Shown: one piece after another, positions 1 to 9,214 of the stretch
Position numbering within the stretch: the stretch's first letter is position 1
How the letters are laid out: every line of letters starts with the position of its first letter
NCBI GenBank assembly: GCA_965248195.1
Contig: CBDFIQ010000001.1
Span: 96,001 to 160,000 of the forward strand
Length of the DNA: 64,000 bases
Reading direction: 5' to 3'
Source: Longimicrobiales bacterium
Lineage (GTDB): Bacteria > Gemmatimonadota > Gemmatimonadetes > Longimicrobiales > Gaopeijiaceae
Made by a program: the position numbers and the translations under genes
Notes under the pieces: model-generated
Databases searched by the model: none
The model's input: only the letters and a program-made list of their open reading frames with translations
What the model was told of the DNA's origin: nothing

Positions 1-50
1 CCGACTGATCAGCCATGGCGATCTCTGAAGCTGGATGGGCGGACAGATGC

Positions 51-86
51 TATATGTCAATATTACATGTCACTGTTACATGTCAT
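51..86 (-). promoter_or_regulatory. Triple direct repeat TA(T/C)ATGTCA, putative operator in a cassette leader
   Basis: Copies at 51, 64 and 77 (13-bp period). The minus strand contains TTGACA. It lies upstream of a minus-strand ATG at 16 whose ORF runs off the window. Confidence 0.5.
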
Positions 87-105
87 ATGGGGGATGCTAC
101 GTGTC

Positions 106-198
106 ACTTAACGTTCAGAGGTTGCCGGCGCGGCGCCTCCGGCGCCGTGCTCTCCGGAGCGAACATAGTGAGCGTAGGCGGCAACCTACTTGTTATGA
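106..198 (-). repeat. attC-like cassette recombination site
   Basis: Minus strand: TCATAAC-AAGTA-GGTTGCCG...CGGCAACC-TCTGAAC-GTTAAGT, just downstream of the higA stop. Near-identical to the site at 1023-1115. Confidence 0.85.
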
Positions 199-220
199 GT
201 CGTGCGACCGATTGCACAAC

Positions 221-607
221 TCAATCGTCGATGCCAAGCAAGATATCGGCGGGGATCCCAAGGAGGCGCCTCAGTCCCTCAACCTGAGCCTTGGAAAGTT
301 CTCGTTTGCCATTCAGGAAGTCCGATACGCGGCTCTTTCCACCCATCACCTGATCGAGATCCGAGCGGTCCAGTTCCTTCTGCTCCAGCATGAACGTCAC
401 GGCCTGCTGGGGCGTCACCGAACCCATGGGGTAACGCTCGTCCTCGTAGTGCTCCACCAATACCGAGAGGAATTCCAGCCGGTCGTAGCCCTCACTCCCA
501 GGCTCGACGTCCTCGTCTACCAGTTGTTCGACCTCCGCAATCGCGGCCTCATACTCCGCGTCGCTCCTCAAGACATGTGGCTTCGAGAAGTCCAGTACCG
601 TTGTCAT
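221..607 (-). CDS. higA: HigA-type antitoxin (HTH)
   Basis: EYEAAIAEVEQL...RLEFLSVLVEHYE and C-terminal HTH GGKSRVSDFLNGKRELS. GGAGGAG RBS upstream of ATG 607; follows a HigB-like toxin. Confidence 0.85.
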   Translation of the reverse strand: MTTVLDFSKPHVLRSDAEYEAAIAEVEQLVDEDVEPGSEGYDRLEFLSVLVEHYEDERYPMGSVTPQQAVTFMLEQKELDRSDLDQVMGGKSRVSDFLNGKRELSKAQVEGLRRLLGIPADILLGIDD

Positions 608-626
608 AATGCGTCTCCTCCCGCGC

Positions 627-923
627 TCACAGCGCTCCTTCAATCGACTTCCGGTCGTACTCCTCATGCGTCAGCACGTGACGGACGTACACTCGTCTGA
701 GATCGTATCGCATATCGACGACCAATCGATACTTGTTCCCACCAATGTTGAAGATCGTCCGACGCGCACCTAGAAAGCTCGCCGTCGGAAAGTCCGCCCG
801 TAGCTCGTGGGGCGATCGATAGTCTTGCGACTTGATGATCCGGTACCACGCATCCAGTGGAGCCTCAGCGTCAGCGTGTTTCTCGGCGAACTGGCGTAAA
901 GGCCTCCGCGAGATGATCCGCAC
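627..923 (-). CDS. higB: HigB-type mRNA interferase toxin
   Basis: RIISRRPLRQF...FNIGGNKYRLVV...VLTHEEYD motifs; toxin-first operon with higA. Confidence 0.88.
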   Translation of the reverse strand: MRIISRRPLRQFAEKHADAEAPLDAWYRIIKSQDYRSPHELRADFPTASFLGARRTIFNIGGNKYRLVVDMRYDLRRVYVRHVLTHEEYDRKSIEGAL

Positions 924-1022
924 CGCCACTCCCCACCAAACAAGTTCCTGGATCGGAAATATACATTACCAACATGGGAACATCGTCACCTGAGGTCAAC
1001 TCCAGTCCGTAGGGAGCATGAC

Positions 1023-1115
1023 GCATAACGTTCAGAGGTTGCCGGCGCGGCGCCTCTGGCGCCGTGTCCTCCGGAGCGAACGTAGTGAGCGCAGGCGGCA
1101 ACCGCACTGTTATCG
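1023..1115 (-). repeat. attC-like site
   Basis: Minus strand: CGATAAC-AGTGC-GGTTGCCG...CGGCAACC-TCTGAAC-GTTATGC. Confidence 0.85.
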
Positions 1116-1148
1116 GACGGCGCTACCTTATCGCCAATCGCACCGGTC

Positions 1149-1229
1149 TTTAAACGAACTCGGCTGCTCTCCGCGGGCGCAGCACGCGACCCTCACGTTA
1201 TACGCGACAGTAGCAATCGCTTGTTATGC
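1149..1229 (-). repeat. Degenerate attC-like site of a more canonical type
   Basis: Minus strand GCATAAC-AAGCG-ATTGCTACTGTCGCG pairs imperfectly with CGCGGAGAGCAG. The distal core (GTTTAAA) is non-consensus. Confidence 0.45.
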
Positions 1230-1314
1230 GGCGATCCACCTGGATTAGCTCTTCGTGACGGGCGCGAGGCCGTGGAGCCCGCTTCCACGAGAGCTAGTCA
1301 TTATCCGACCACGG

Positions 1315-2028
1315 TCACGTGCAGGCACCGGACCTGAGAAGGAGCAAATGCTCGCGTCCGGGGACATCGATAAGGTGCTCTGAATTACTGAGACTGAAAC
1401 CCGGTACAGGAGTTAGCAGGCGATTACCGGGCTCGCAGTTCGTAAGGTTGGTCGTTCGGACTTGGCCAACGATCGGGATCTCCAGACACCGCCCGTTCTG
1501 ACTAACCAGGAGAGTACCGGCATCATCGTAAGCTAGACTTAGGAACTTGACGCCAACCAGAGTGAAATCAAAAGCGGGAGTGACCCCGGCGGGCATACGA
1601 ACGGAGCCGTCTCGCCTCGCGAGCTCCGCACAACTCGGACACCCCACCACCAAGGCGTCCCCTTCTAGAACCAACGTGCCCGTTGATGTCAACACGATCG
1701 GTTCGCGCTCGTTCGAGAAGCCTGCCACGGCGACAGAAGCCTGACCAAGGGATGTGCAATACATGCCGCCGGTGTAGCCCGACACAACTACCTCCAACGA
1801 GTCTGGTGAAGACCCGTCAGGCACGCGCACGCGAAATTCCGAGTAACCCCTTGCGTCCTCAGGCCCACGGCTGATGAGAATCGAGGCGAGATCTCGCACG
1901 CTAATCTCCATCTCCACGCAGCCCAGTTCATCACCAGGGCACTCTGAAAGCAGGCTGACTTCTTGGGATGAGCTCGGATGTGCGACGCAAGCAAGCGTAC
2001 TGACCAGAAGTATCGAAGACGAACGCAT
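1315..2028 (-). CDS. Cassette hypothetical exported protein or lipoprotein
   Basis: ORF between att-like sites. N-terminus MRSSSILLVSTLAC is signal/lipobox-like; Cys-rich. Start uncertain. Confidence 0.55.
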   Translation of the reverse strand: MRSSSILLVSTLACVAHPSSSQEVSLLSECPGDELGCVEMEISVRDLASILISRGPEDARGYSEFRVRVPDGSSPDSLEVVVSGYTGGMYCTSLGQASVAVAGFSNEREPIVLTSTGTLVLEGDALVVGCPSCAELARRDGSVRMPAGVTPAFDFTLVGVKFLSLAYDDAGTLLVSQNGRCLEIPIVGQVRTTNLTNCEPGNRLLTPVPGFSLSNSEHLIDVPGREHLLLLRSGACT

Positions 2029-2192
2029 GCGCTTTCTCCAATCGCGGGCCCAGGGCGAGTCCATTCTTAACGGTATGGAGCCCTTCTGTGAGGAACAAGC
2101 GTGATTACCGAAGAACCAACGACAATCTGCCGAAGATGCACACCTGCCGACCGCCGCATAACTACTGATTCTACCACACCCCACTCGTTCTC

Positions 2193-3568
2193 GGTCAAGT
2201 CCCGATTTGTGTGTAAAAGCGGAGGAAGCTCCTCGCCTTCGGCTAGGCTGCTTGGGCGACCTCCTGTTTCTGGAGGAGTGAGAGGTCGAGGTAACGCCGG
2301 TCGCCCCAGACGTGTGTGGTCCTGAGTGCGACGGCCGTGATGAGCCTGAGGGCGCTGGCCCGGTCCGGGAAGGCGCCGGCGGCCTTGATCCTGCGTTTGA
2401 TCTCGCCGTGCAGCCGCTCGAGGCTGTTGGTGGTACGCAGCCGGGGCCAGTGCGCCTCGGGGAACGCGTAGAACTGCGTCGCTGCCCCGAAGCCCCGCTC
2501 CAGGACCTCCACGGCCTCGGGCAGCTCCTTCTTCCAGCGTGCGCCGAACTCGCCCAGGAGCTTCTTCGCCTCGGCGAGTCCGGATGTCTGGAAGATCACC
2601 GAGACCTCACGCGCCACGCGCTTGCGTAGGCGGTGGGGGACCCTCGCCCCCACATTACGCTGCAGATGGACCGTACACCTCTGACGGCGTGCCTCGGGCA
2701 GGAAGCGGCGGACCGCAGCTGCCAGGCCTGCGTGCTCATCGGCGATCACGAGCTCGACACCGCCGAGGCCGCGGTCCTGGAGTTGCTCGAGGAGCTCCGA
2801 CCAGCTCTGCTGCGACTCCTCAGCGCCCAGCGTGACGGCCAGGAGCCGTCGGTGACCCTCAGGGCCCACTGCATACGCCACGAGCGCACTCACGTTCTCG
2901 ACTTTGCGGGCCCAGCGGGCGTCCAAGAACGTGGCGTCCAGGTACAGATAGGGGTGAGGCCCCTCGATCGGCGCACGGCGCAGCCCTTCCACGGCCTCGT
3001 CGAGCCGTTTTGCCACACGACTCACCGTCGAGCGCCCAACACGCTCGCCCATCAGCGCCTCGGTGACGTCGCCCATCTTGCGCTGTGACACGCCGCTCAC
3101 ATACGCCTCGACCATCATCTCGTCGAGCTCGGGGCTCCTGCGCTGGTAGCGGCCGATCACGTCGGCCGGCGAACCGTTGTCCCGGCTCCGGGGCATGGCG
3201 ACCTCGATCTGCCCCAGGCTCGTCAGCAGCCGCCTCAGGTATGTGCCGTTCCTATGGTCCTTCCGGCTTCCCACCCGCTCGAAGCGGCGTGCACCTACCA
3301 TGGCCTTCAGCTCCTCTTCCAGCACCATCTCGAGCGTCAGCCGGATCGCGCCTTGAAACAGCTCGCGCAAATCATCGCGTAGCTCGTCTTGCGTGGCCCG
3401 ACCGATCTCCACAATCTCTTGCATCGGAAGCTCCTCTCCGGTTCCGAGCCTGCTCTGCAGACCCGGACTCCCGGGTTCATGTGACAGTGAACAACAACAG
3501 AGGAGCTTCCGTTTTTCTTTCCCTCCTGTCCAGCTTATCCGCTTTTACACAAATCTAGGGACACTACC
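2193..3568 (-). mobile_element. IS256-family insertion sequence, copy 1 (1376 bp)
   Basis: Imperfect terminal IRs GGTCAAGTCCCGATTTGTGTGTAAAAGCGGA / GGTAGTGTCCCTAGATTTGTGTAAAAGCGGA. 9-bp target duplication CTCGTTCTC at 2184-2192 and 3569-3577. Confidence 0.93.
2243..3424 (-). CDS. IS256-family (mutator-type DDE) transposase
   Basis: RNG..R, YLDAT, IADEHAGL, QRCTVH and TTNSLERLHGEIKRR motifs; 393 aa. Confidence 0.93.
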   Translation of the reverse strand: MQEIVEIGRATQDELRDDLRELFQGAIRLTLEMVLEEELKAMVGARRFERVGSRKDHRNGTYLRRLLTSLGQIEVAMPRSRDNGSPADVIGRYQRRSPELDEMMVEAYVSGVSQRKMGDVTEALMGERVGRSTVSRVAKRLDEAVEGLRRAPIEGPHPYLYLDATFLDARWARKVENVSALVAYAVGPEGHRRLLAVTLGAEESQQSWSELLEQLQDRGLGGVELVIADEHAGLAAAVRRFLPEARRQRCTVHLQRNVGARVPHRLRKRVAREVSVIFQTSGLAEAKKLLGEFGARWKKELPEAVEVLERGFGAATQFYAFPEAHWPRLRTTNSLERLHGEIKRRIKAAGAFPDRASALRLITAVALRTTHVWGDRRYLDLSLLQKQEVAQAA

Positions 3569-3585
3569 CTCGTTCTCGCGCTGTC

Positions 3586-3739
3586 GTCTAACGTTCTAGA
3601 GTTCCGAACCGGCGCGTCCGCATGCGCACCGGTTCAGCTCTCTTCACTGACTTCCTGCACTGCTTCCTGGCTCACCACCGTTCGCGCCGGTTTCTCCGGA
3701 GCGGCCACAGGCCGCGTAGGCGGAACTCGTTTGTTAGGC
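3586..3739 (-). repeat. attC-like site (long form)
   Basis: Minus strand: GCCTAAC-AAAC-GAGTTCCG...CGGAACTC-TAGAAC-GTTAGAC. Confidence 0.85.
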
Positions 3740-3773
3740 GCTGCGCGCTCCAGGTCACCAGACCAAGCCTCAT

Positions 3774-4265
3774 TCACGACCCTTTTGGATCAAGGACCCG
3801 ATAGGGCACCCCAATCCACGCGCCGGTTGAATCGGTCCGGAGAAAGAACCGAACCTCGCATTCCCGCTCGAAGAGTCTGAAGAGGGGGATCCCTTCGAAT
3901 TCCCAACTGACCCTTACGACATCCGACTGCCCAGCGTCTAGCACGAAGGGCCCATAGGCCTCGGCCCCGGTCGAGAAGGTCCTCGCAGTGAAGACCTCAG
4001 TCCCCGCCGCGAGAGCGATTGAGTCAATCGCCACTGGGACGAGCGTTGGGTTTTCGAACCGGATCCGAACAGAGGCCCATTCGTTGCCGACTAGTCCACC
4101 AATTCGTCCGGTTTCCGCGACGATTAGACCAACCCTCCCAACCCATGTGGCAGAATCAGTTTGGGTCCATTCGGCTGGTGCGATGTCGATCCCTGGATCA
4201 CAGGCAAGGAGAGCGAGGATCATCCCGCTACACCCGATTCGACAGACTCGCCACCACCGCATCAT
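3774..4265 (-). CDS. Cassette hypothetical lipoprotein
   Basis: Lipobox-like ILALLAC. The cassette begins GTTAGGCGCT and ends AGCGCCTAAC (perfect complement). Confidence 0.6.
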   Translation of the reverse strand: MMRWWRVCRIGCSGMILALLACDPGIDIAPAEWTQTDSATWVGRVGLIVAETGRIGGLVGNEWASVRIRFENPTLVPVAIDSIALAAGTEVFTARTFSTGAEAYGPFVLDAGQSDVVRVSWEFEGIPLFRLFERECEVRFFLRTDSTGAWIGVPYRVLDPKGS

Positions 4266-4296
4266 CCCCTGAAATTCTCCTTAGGTATTGAGTAGC

Positions 4297-4455
4297 GCCT
4301 AACGTTTCAGGACTCCGAACTGGCCCCGTCCAAAACGATTCCAGCCTCAGCTCTCTGCGAAGCAACACCTTCGTTCCCCGACCCCATTCTGCCCATGGGC
4401 CAGTTGGGTCGAAGGCCGCCGTCAGGCGGCCGAAGCCGGAGTCCGATTGTTATAT
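4297..4455 (-). repeat. attC-like site (long form)
   Basis: Minus strand: ATATAAC-AATC-GGACTCCG...CGGAGTCC-TGAAAC-GTTAGGC. Related to 3586-3739. Confidence 0.85.
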
Positions 4456-4528
4456 GCCGTCGCTTCCAAGGGAGGTAGTCAGGCCAACCTACACGACCTT
4501 GCGAGTATGCGTCTCAGTCTTTGGGCTG

Positions 4529-5104
4529 CTACCACACCTTCCACCAAGGCCGTGACCTCCTCGGAGCAAGGTCGGCGAAGACCCTCGGGGCGGCCTTCAA
4601 GGGGCCCACTGGATCCTCGTCGTGCTTGAAGCCAGTGATCTCCTTCGCCGCGAGCAACGGCAAGTCGAACACGAAATCGACCTCGGCTCGACCTGCGTCC
4701 TCCTTCTTCTGCTCCTCGAATATGCCTTGGCGCAGTTCGTCAAAGCCCTCCGGCAGCTCCCCTCTCAGCTCGAGCTCGTACTTCCCCTTCTGGGCGTCAT
4801 GCGCCAGCCGCCAAACTTCGCTCCCGCCTTTCCAGTACGCGGCCGAGCTATACATGACGTGCTCCTCCACTGCGCAGGCGACACAGCTATACCGCTGAGA
4901 AAGGGACCTGAGGAACTCCGGGTCGACCAGACGATGGTCGCATCGCTGACCAACGAGCACGAACCATCCCCCTTCCAGGGCACAGCCTGAGATGGAGGCT
5001 TCGAAGTAGGGATCGGGCTCTGCACTCGGCTCGATACGTGCCTCTTGGAACAGCGCGGACGGATCCTCTGTCTCCACTGCAAGCCATGCGATGGCGTAGC
5101 CCAC
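4529..5104 (-). CDS. Cassette hypothetical protein
   Basis: 191-aa ORF with GGAGG RBS, ending RPWWKVW and filling the space between two att-like sites. Confidence 0.7.
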   Translation of the reverse strand: MGYAIAWLAVETEDPSALFQEARIEPSAEPDPYFEASISGCALEGGWFVLVGQRCDHRLVDPEFLRSLSQRYSCVACAVEEHVMYSSAAYWKGGSEVWRLAHDAQKGKYELELRGELPEGFDELRQGIFEEQKKEDAGRAEVDFVFDLPLLAAKEITGFKHDEDPVGPLKAAPRVFADLAPRRSRPWWKVW

Positions 5105-5175
5105 TATTCGGCCTCCCTGTTCAACTGCACGGGTCTAGTCATGGATCGCGTAGCCAAGCGCAGCCTGGCGATGGC

Positions 5176-5269
5176 GCATAACGTTCAAAGTTGCCGTCGC
5201 GGCTCGCGAACGCGAGCCGTGATCGTCGTAGTGAGCGCAGCGAACGAAGCCGGCAACTGTTTGTTAGCC
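5176..5269 (-). repeat. attC-like site
   Basis: Minus strand: GGCTAAC-AAAC-AGTTGCCG...CGGCAACT-TTGAAC-GTTATGC. Confidence 0.85.
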
Positions 5270-6563
5270 GGCGTCCGTAGCATCAAGACGACTCAGCAGT
5301 GCCACAACCTCCTCGGCAGTCGGCATCGGAGCGGATAGGACCTCGTCGATGACCACGCTTAGGTCCTGCCTGATCTCTTGCAGTAGTTCGTCGGCAAGGA
5401 GCACAGCAGTGGCTGAGAAGGACCGCCCGGCGTCCTCGAATTCGAGCCAGACGGGGTCCGTCACAAACGACCGTTGTTGAGGGATCTTGGTGAATCTGAC
5501 GTCTACGATCCAAGCACATCCGCGACGCAACGACGGGCGACACGGCTTCCCCCGCGATCCGCGTTCCGTAGGGCAGAATCCGCCGGAGCGACCCGTGCAA
5601 CGCCGTTCCCCTCGCCCGCAGTGGGTCGCCTGGAGGAGCAGGGGGCTTCGGTGGCCCATTCACGGTGGCCAGCGTGTGTACCTGCACACCAACCGGAAAG
5701 CTCACTCGAAGTGACACGTCACTAGCCGGCGCCGTCCCGTCGTTCCGCACCCTGAACCGCAGCGGTTGCAGGTGCACCGTGCTCTGGAGGTATTGATTCA
5801 GCGAATTCAGCCACGTGCCGACCGCTGCGAGATAGGTCGAGATTCTACGCTCCTCATCTCGCGCCTCCGGTGGAATGAGCGCAGGATCGAAGTTTTTGAA
5901 GCGCTTTGAGGGGTCGGGGTACTTGGCCTCTATAGAAGTCGCCACACCACGAATCAGAGAATCAGGGAAGCGGAGCGCCTGTCGCGGCCACTCGATTTCG
6001 AGTATCGGGCCCTCACCGAAATCCACGTGCAGGTCAGGGCGACGTGCCCTCTCCTTTTCAAGTTCGGCCTTTAGGCGCCTGATCTCATGGACCTGGGGGT
6101 CCTGCGATGCCGGTAGTGAGTAGCGAGACGGCATGTCCCACGCACGGATACCGACAAGCCCTGCGGCTATCCTGGGCGTAACATCATGAGTTACCAACCC
6201 CACCGCATGAGCTGACTCCTGCAGACGCAACCCGATCGCCACGAGGCGATGATCCGGGTTGGAGCGACTCAGGTTAAGCGCCTCGAAGTCCGCCTGAGGC
6301 TGCAGCGAGCAGAATTCTAGGAGCGTCCCATCGGACAGCTTGATCGGCGACCCTGACGACTGGATCTTCTCGATCAGCCCCAGGATCCGCCGAGCCCGGT
6401 CGCGGCGTCGCGCGTTCGGGTGGGCATCCTTGAGCTCGTCCAGCTCCTCGAGGTTGACCCAGGTCATCCTCACCGCTTCCACCTGACAACCTGCGACCTC
6501 CGCCCAGTCTGCGCCCTCGAAGTCGAAGTGCAGCAGGACGTTGGTATCGACGATGATATTCAT
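5264..6563 (-). pseudogene. PIN-domain protein cassette, apparently frameshifted (~5520-5640)
   Basis: N-terminal IIVDTNVLLH, EELDELK, NPDHRLV and LVTHD PIN motifs. The plausible C-terminus is in another frame, whose TAA falls in the att core GGCTAAC. Confidence 0.65.
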
Positions 6564-6616
6564 ACCAACTCTCACTCCTCAATCACCCGTCTCCACCTCC
6601 TCACAGTGCGGATGCC

Positions 6617-6709
6617 GGCTAACGTTCCAGGGTGCCGACGCGGCTCGCAACGCGAGCCGTGTTCTCCGGAGCGAACGCAGTGAGCGCAGGCGGCACCCGT
6701 GTGTTAACT
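6617..6709 (-). repeat. attC-like site
   Basis: Minus strand: AGTTAAC-ACAC-GGGTGCCG...CGGCACCC-TGGAAC-GTTAGCC. Confidence 0.85.
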
Positions 6710-6719
6710 GACGTGCGGC

Positions 6720-7541
6720 CTATCCCCCTGCGCCTATTCTGGACACCGTGTCGGCGGAGTCCGCCATGGCTCTCAACTTGGCCGGGAAGCCAGTTCCGCA
6801 GATCTGCTCCAGAGGATAAGGGGACTCCTGGGGTTTCTGAAACAAGGAGTCCATTTCTGCCGCCTTGCGTCGGTACACGTCGGCTCGAACTCTGTATCTT
6901 CCAGGGGGTGCCACTTCACTCAAGGACTCGCCAACTACCCGGAAGTACCTGGGCCAGTACGCTTCTTCGCCACAAATCGATGGAACGGCGCCTCCGCACT
7001 CGATCAGTGGGTATGCTCCGCCCTCGAATGTCTCGATGACATACTGACCGTCCTCTCGACGTAGGTTCCCGGCAATGCATTCGTCGAACGGGATTAAGAG
7101 CAACTCGGGCCCTTCATTGGTGGAGAGCACCGCCGCGGTGGCATTGGTCTCTTCGTAGCCCAACGACCAAAAGAGGTCTGTTCGACCATCCCCATTCAGG
7201 TCGGCGAGAGCGACCTCCGGCCTCCCTCCGTAGAGGTCTCCCGACCGCCAATATTCGTCGGTTCCAATAGCCCAAAGCACTTGGTGGTCATACACACCGA
7301 TCGGATCGAGGAACACGCTGTCCACACCCGTTGCGGAAATGAGCACTCGTTCGCGGCCCTGTTGAACGGACTGGGTAACGGGCGAATCTGCAACCAGATC
7401 TGCCGATCCCGCCTCAGTGGATCTTGCGGCTGAAGAGTTCTCCCCCCTTTGCGACTCCGGTCCGCACGCAACGAAACCCAACCCCGTCGCGGCTATCAGA
7501 AATGGCGTCAGCTTCAAAGACCTAATCCTCGTCGAAAGCAT
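6720..7541 (-). CDS. Cassette hypothetical lipoprotein
   Basis: Lipobox GLGFVAC and an FG-GAP/Ca-loop-like ADLNGDGRTDL. The cassette begins GTTAACTGAC and ends GTCAGTTAAC. Confidence 0.65.
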   Translation of the reverse strand: MLSTRIRSLKLTPFLIAATGLGFVACGPESQRGENSSAARSTEAGSADLVADSPVTQSVQQGRERVLISATGVDSVFLDPIGVYDHQVLWAIGTDEYWRSGDLYGGRPEVALADLNGDGRTDLFWSLGYEETNATAAVLSTNEGPELLLIPFDECIAGNLRREDGQYVIETFEGGAYPLIECGGAVPSICGEEAYWPRYFRVVGESLSEVAPPGRYRVRADVYRRKAAEMDSLFQKPQESPYPLEQICGTGFPAKLRAMADSADTVSRIGAGG

Positions 7542-7544
7542 GTC

Positions 7545-7631
7545 AGTTAACGAATAAGGATTGTTTCCGAACTCTACGGAAGAGCGGGCAGGAAGGCGAG
7601 GTAGTGCGAGTGCGGAAAGGATCCGTTGAAC
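7545..7631 (-). repeat. att-like site at the left end of the recombinase/Y2-transposase module
   Basis: Minus strand: GTTCAAC-GGATCC-TTTCCGCACTC...GAGTTCGGAAA-CAATCCTTATTC-GTTAACT; 10/11-bp stem. Confidence 0.7.
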
Positions 7632-7648
7632 GAAGCCGCTACGTGGTG

Positions 7649-9024
7649 GGTAGTGTCCCTAGATTTGTGTAAAAGCGGATAAGCTGGACAGGAGGGAAAG
7701 AAAAACGGAAGCTCCTCTGTTGTTGTTCACTGTCACATGAACCCGGGAGTCCGGGTCTGCAGAGCAGGCTCGGAACCGGAGAGGAGCTTCCGATGCAAGA
7801 GATTGTGGAGATCGGTCGGGCCACGCAAGACGAGCTACGCGATGATTTGCGCGAGCTGTTTCAAGGCGCGATCCGGCTGACGCTCGAGATGGTGCTGGAA
7901 GAGGAGCTGAAGGCCATGGTAGGTGCACGCCGCTTCGAGCGGGTGGGAAGCCGGAAGGACCATAGGAACGGCACATACCTGAGGCGGCTGCTGACGAGCC
8001 TGGGGCAGATCGAGGTCGCCATGCCCCGGAGCCGGGACAACGGTTCGCCGGCCGACGTGATCGGCCGCTACCAGCGCAGGAGCCCCGAGCTCGACGAGAT
8101 GATGGTCGAGGCGTATGTGAGCGGCGTGTCACAGCGCAAGATGGGCGACGTCACCGAGGCGCTGATGGGCGAGCGTGTTGGGCGCTCGACGGTGAGTCGT
8201 GTGGCAAAACGGCTCGACGAGGCCGTGGAAGGGCTGCGCCGTGCGCCGATCGAGGGGCCTCACCCCTATCTGTACCTGGACGCCACGTTCTTGGACGCCC
8301 GCTGGGCCCGCAAAGTCGAGAACGTGAGTGCGCTCGTGGCGTATGCAGTGGGCCCTGAGGGTCACCGACGGCTCCTGGCCGTCACGCTGGGCGCTGAGGA
8401 GTCGCAGCAGAGCTGGTCGGAGCTCCTCGAGCAACTCCAGGACCGCGGCCTCGGCGGTGTCGAGCTCGTGATCGCCGATGAGCACGCAGGCCTGGCAGCT
8501 GCGGTCCGCCGCTTCCTGCCCGAGGCACGCCGTCAGAGGTGTACGGTCCATCTGCAGCGTAATGTGGGGGCGAGGGTCCCCCACCGCCTACGCAAGCGCG
8601 TGGCGCGTGAGGTCTCGGTGATCTTCCAGACATCCGGACTCGCCGAGGCGAAGAAGCTCCTGGGCGAGTTCGGCGCACGCTGGAAGAAGGAGCTGCCCGA
8701 GGCCGTGGAGGTCCTGGAGCGGGGCTTCGGGGCAGCGACGCAGTTCTACGCGTTCCCCGAGGCGCACTGGCCCCGGCTGCGTACCACCAACAGCCTCGAG
8801 CGGCTGCACGGCGAGATCAAACGCAGGATCAAGGCCGCCGGCGCCTTCCCGGACCGGGCCAGCGCCCTCAGGCTCATCACGGCCGTCGCACTCAGGACCA
8901 CACACGTCTGGGGCGACCGGCGTTACCTCGACCTCTCACTCCTCCAGAAACAGGAGGTCGCCCAAGCAGCCTAGCCGAAGGCGAGGAGCTTCCTCCGCTT
9001 TTACACACAAATCGGGACTTGACC
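7649..9024 (+). mobile_element. IS256-family insertion sequence, copy 2 (1376 bp, inverted relative to copy 1)
   Basis: Same ends and identical transposase as copy 1. Flanks ACGTGGTG / ACGTGGGG (8-bp duplication, one mismatch). Confidence 0.93.
7793..8974 (+). CDS. IS256-family transposase
   Basis: Protein identical to that of 2243-3424. Confidence 0.93.
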   Translation: MQEIVEIGRATQDELRDDLRELFQGAIRLTLEMVLEEELKAMVGARRFERVGSRKDHRNGTYLRRLLTSLGQIEVAMPRSRDNGSPADVIGRYQRRSPELDEMMVEAYVSGVSQRKMGDVTEALMGERVGRSTVSRVAKRLDEAVEGLRRAPIEGPHPYLYLDATFLDARWARKVENVSALVAYAVGPEGHRRLLAVTLGAEESQQSWSELLEQLQDRGLGGVELVIADEHAGLAAAVRRFLPEARRQRCTVHLQRNVGARVPHRLRKRVAREVSVIFQTSGLAEAKKLLGEFGARWKKELPEAVEVLERGFGAATQFYAFPEAHWPRLRTTNSLERLHGEIKRRIKAAGAFPDRASALRLITAVALRTTHVWGDRRYLDLSLLQKQEVAQAA

Positions 9025-9214
9025 ACGTGGGGCTATGGAGATTGGAAGGCCGTCGAACTGGCTCCGGATGGCCTGAGGCACGCGAGATGGTGGACGGAGC
9101 CACCGAAGAGAGTGGGGATCGGGCTCCGACACGACCATGTGGGAAGTGATGAAGGGGCTGTGGCCGACGTAGGCACAGTCGGGTCCATCGCCGCCGTTGA
9201 GGAACAGCCACGTA

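Noticed and set aside
2193..9024. Composite transposon formed by the two IS256 copies
   Set aside because: Each copy has its own target duplication and the outer flanks do not match, so they are independent insertions.
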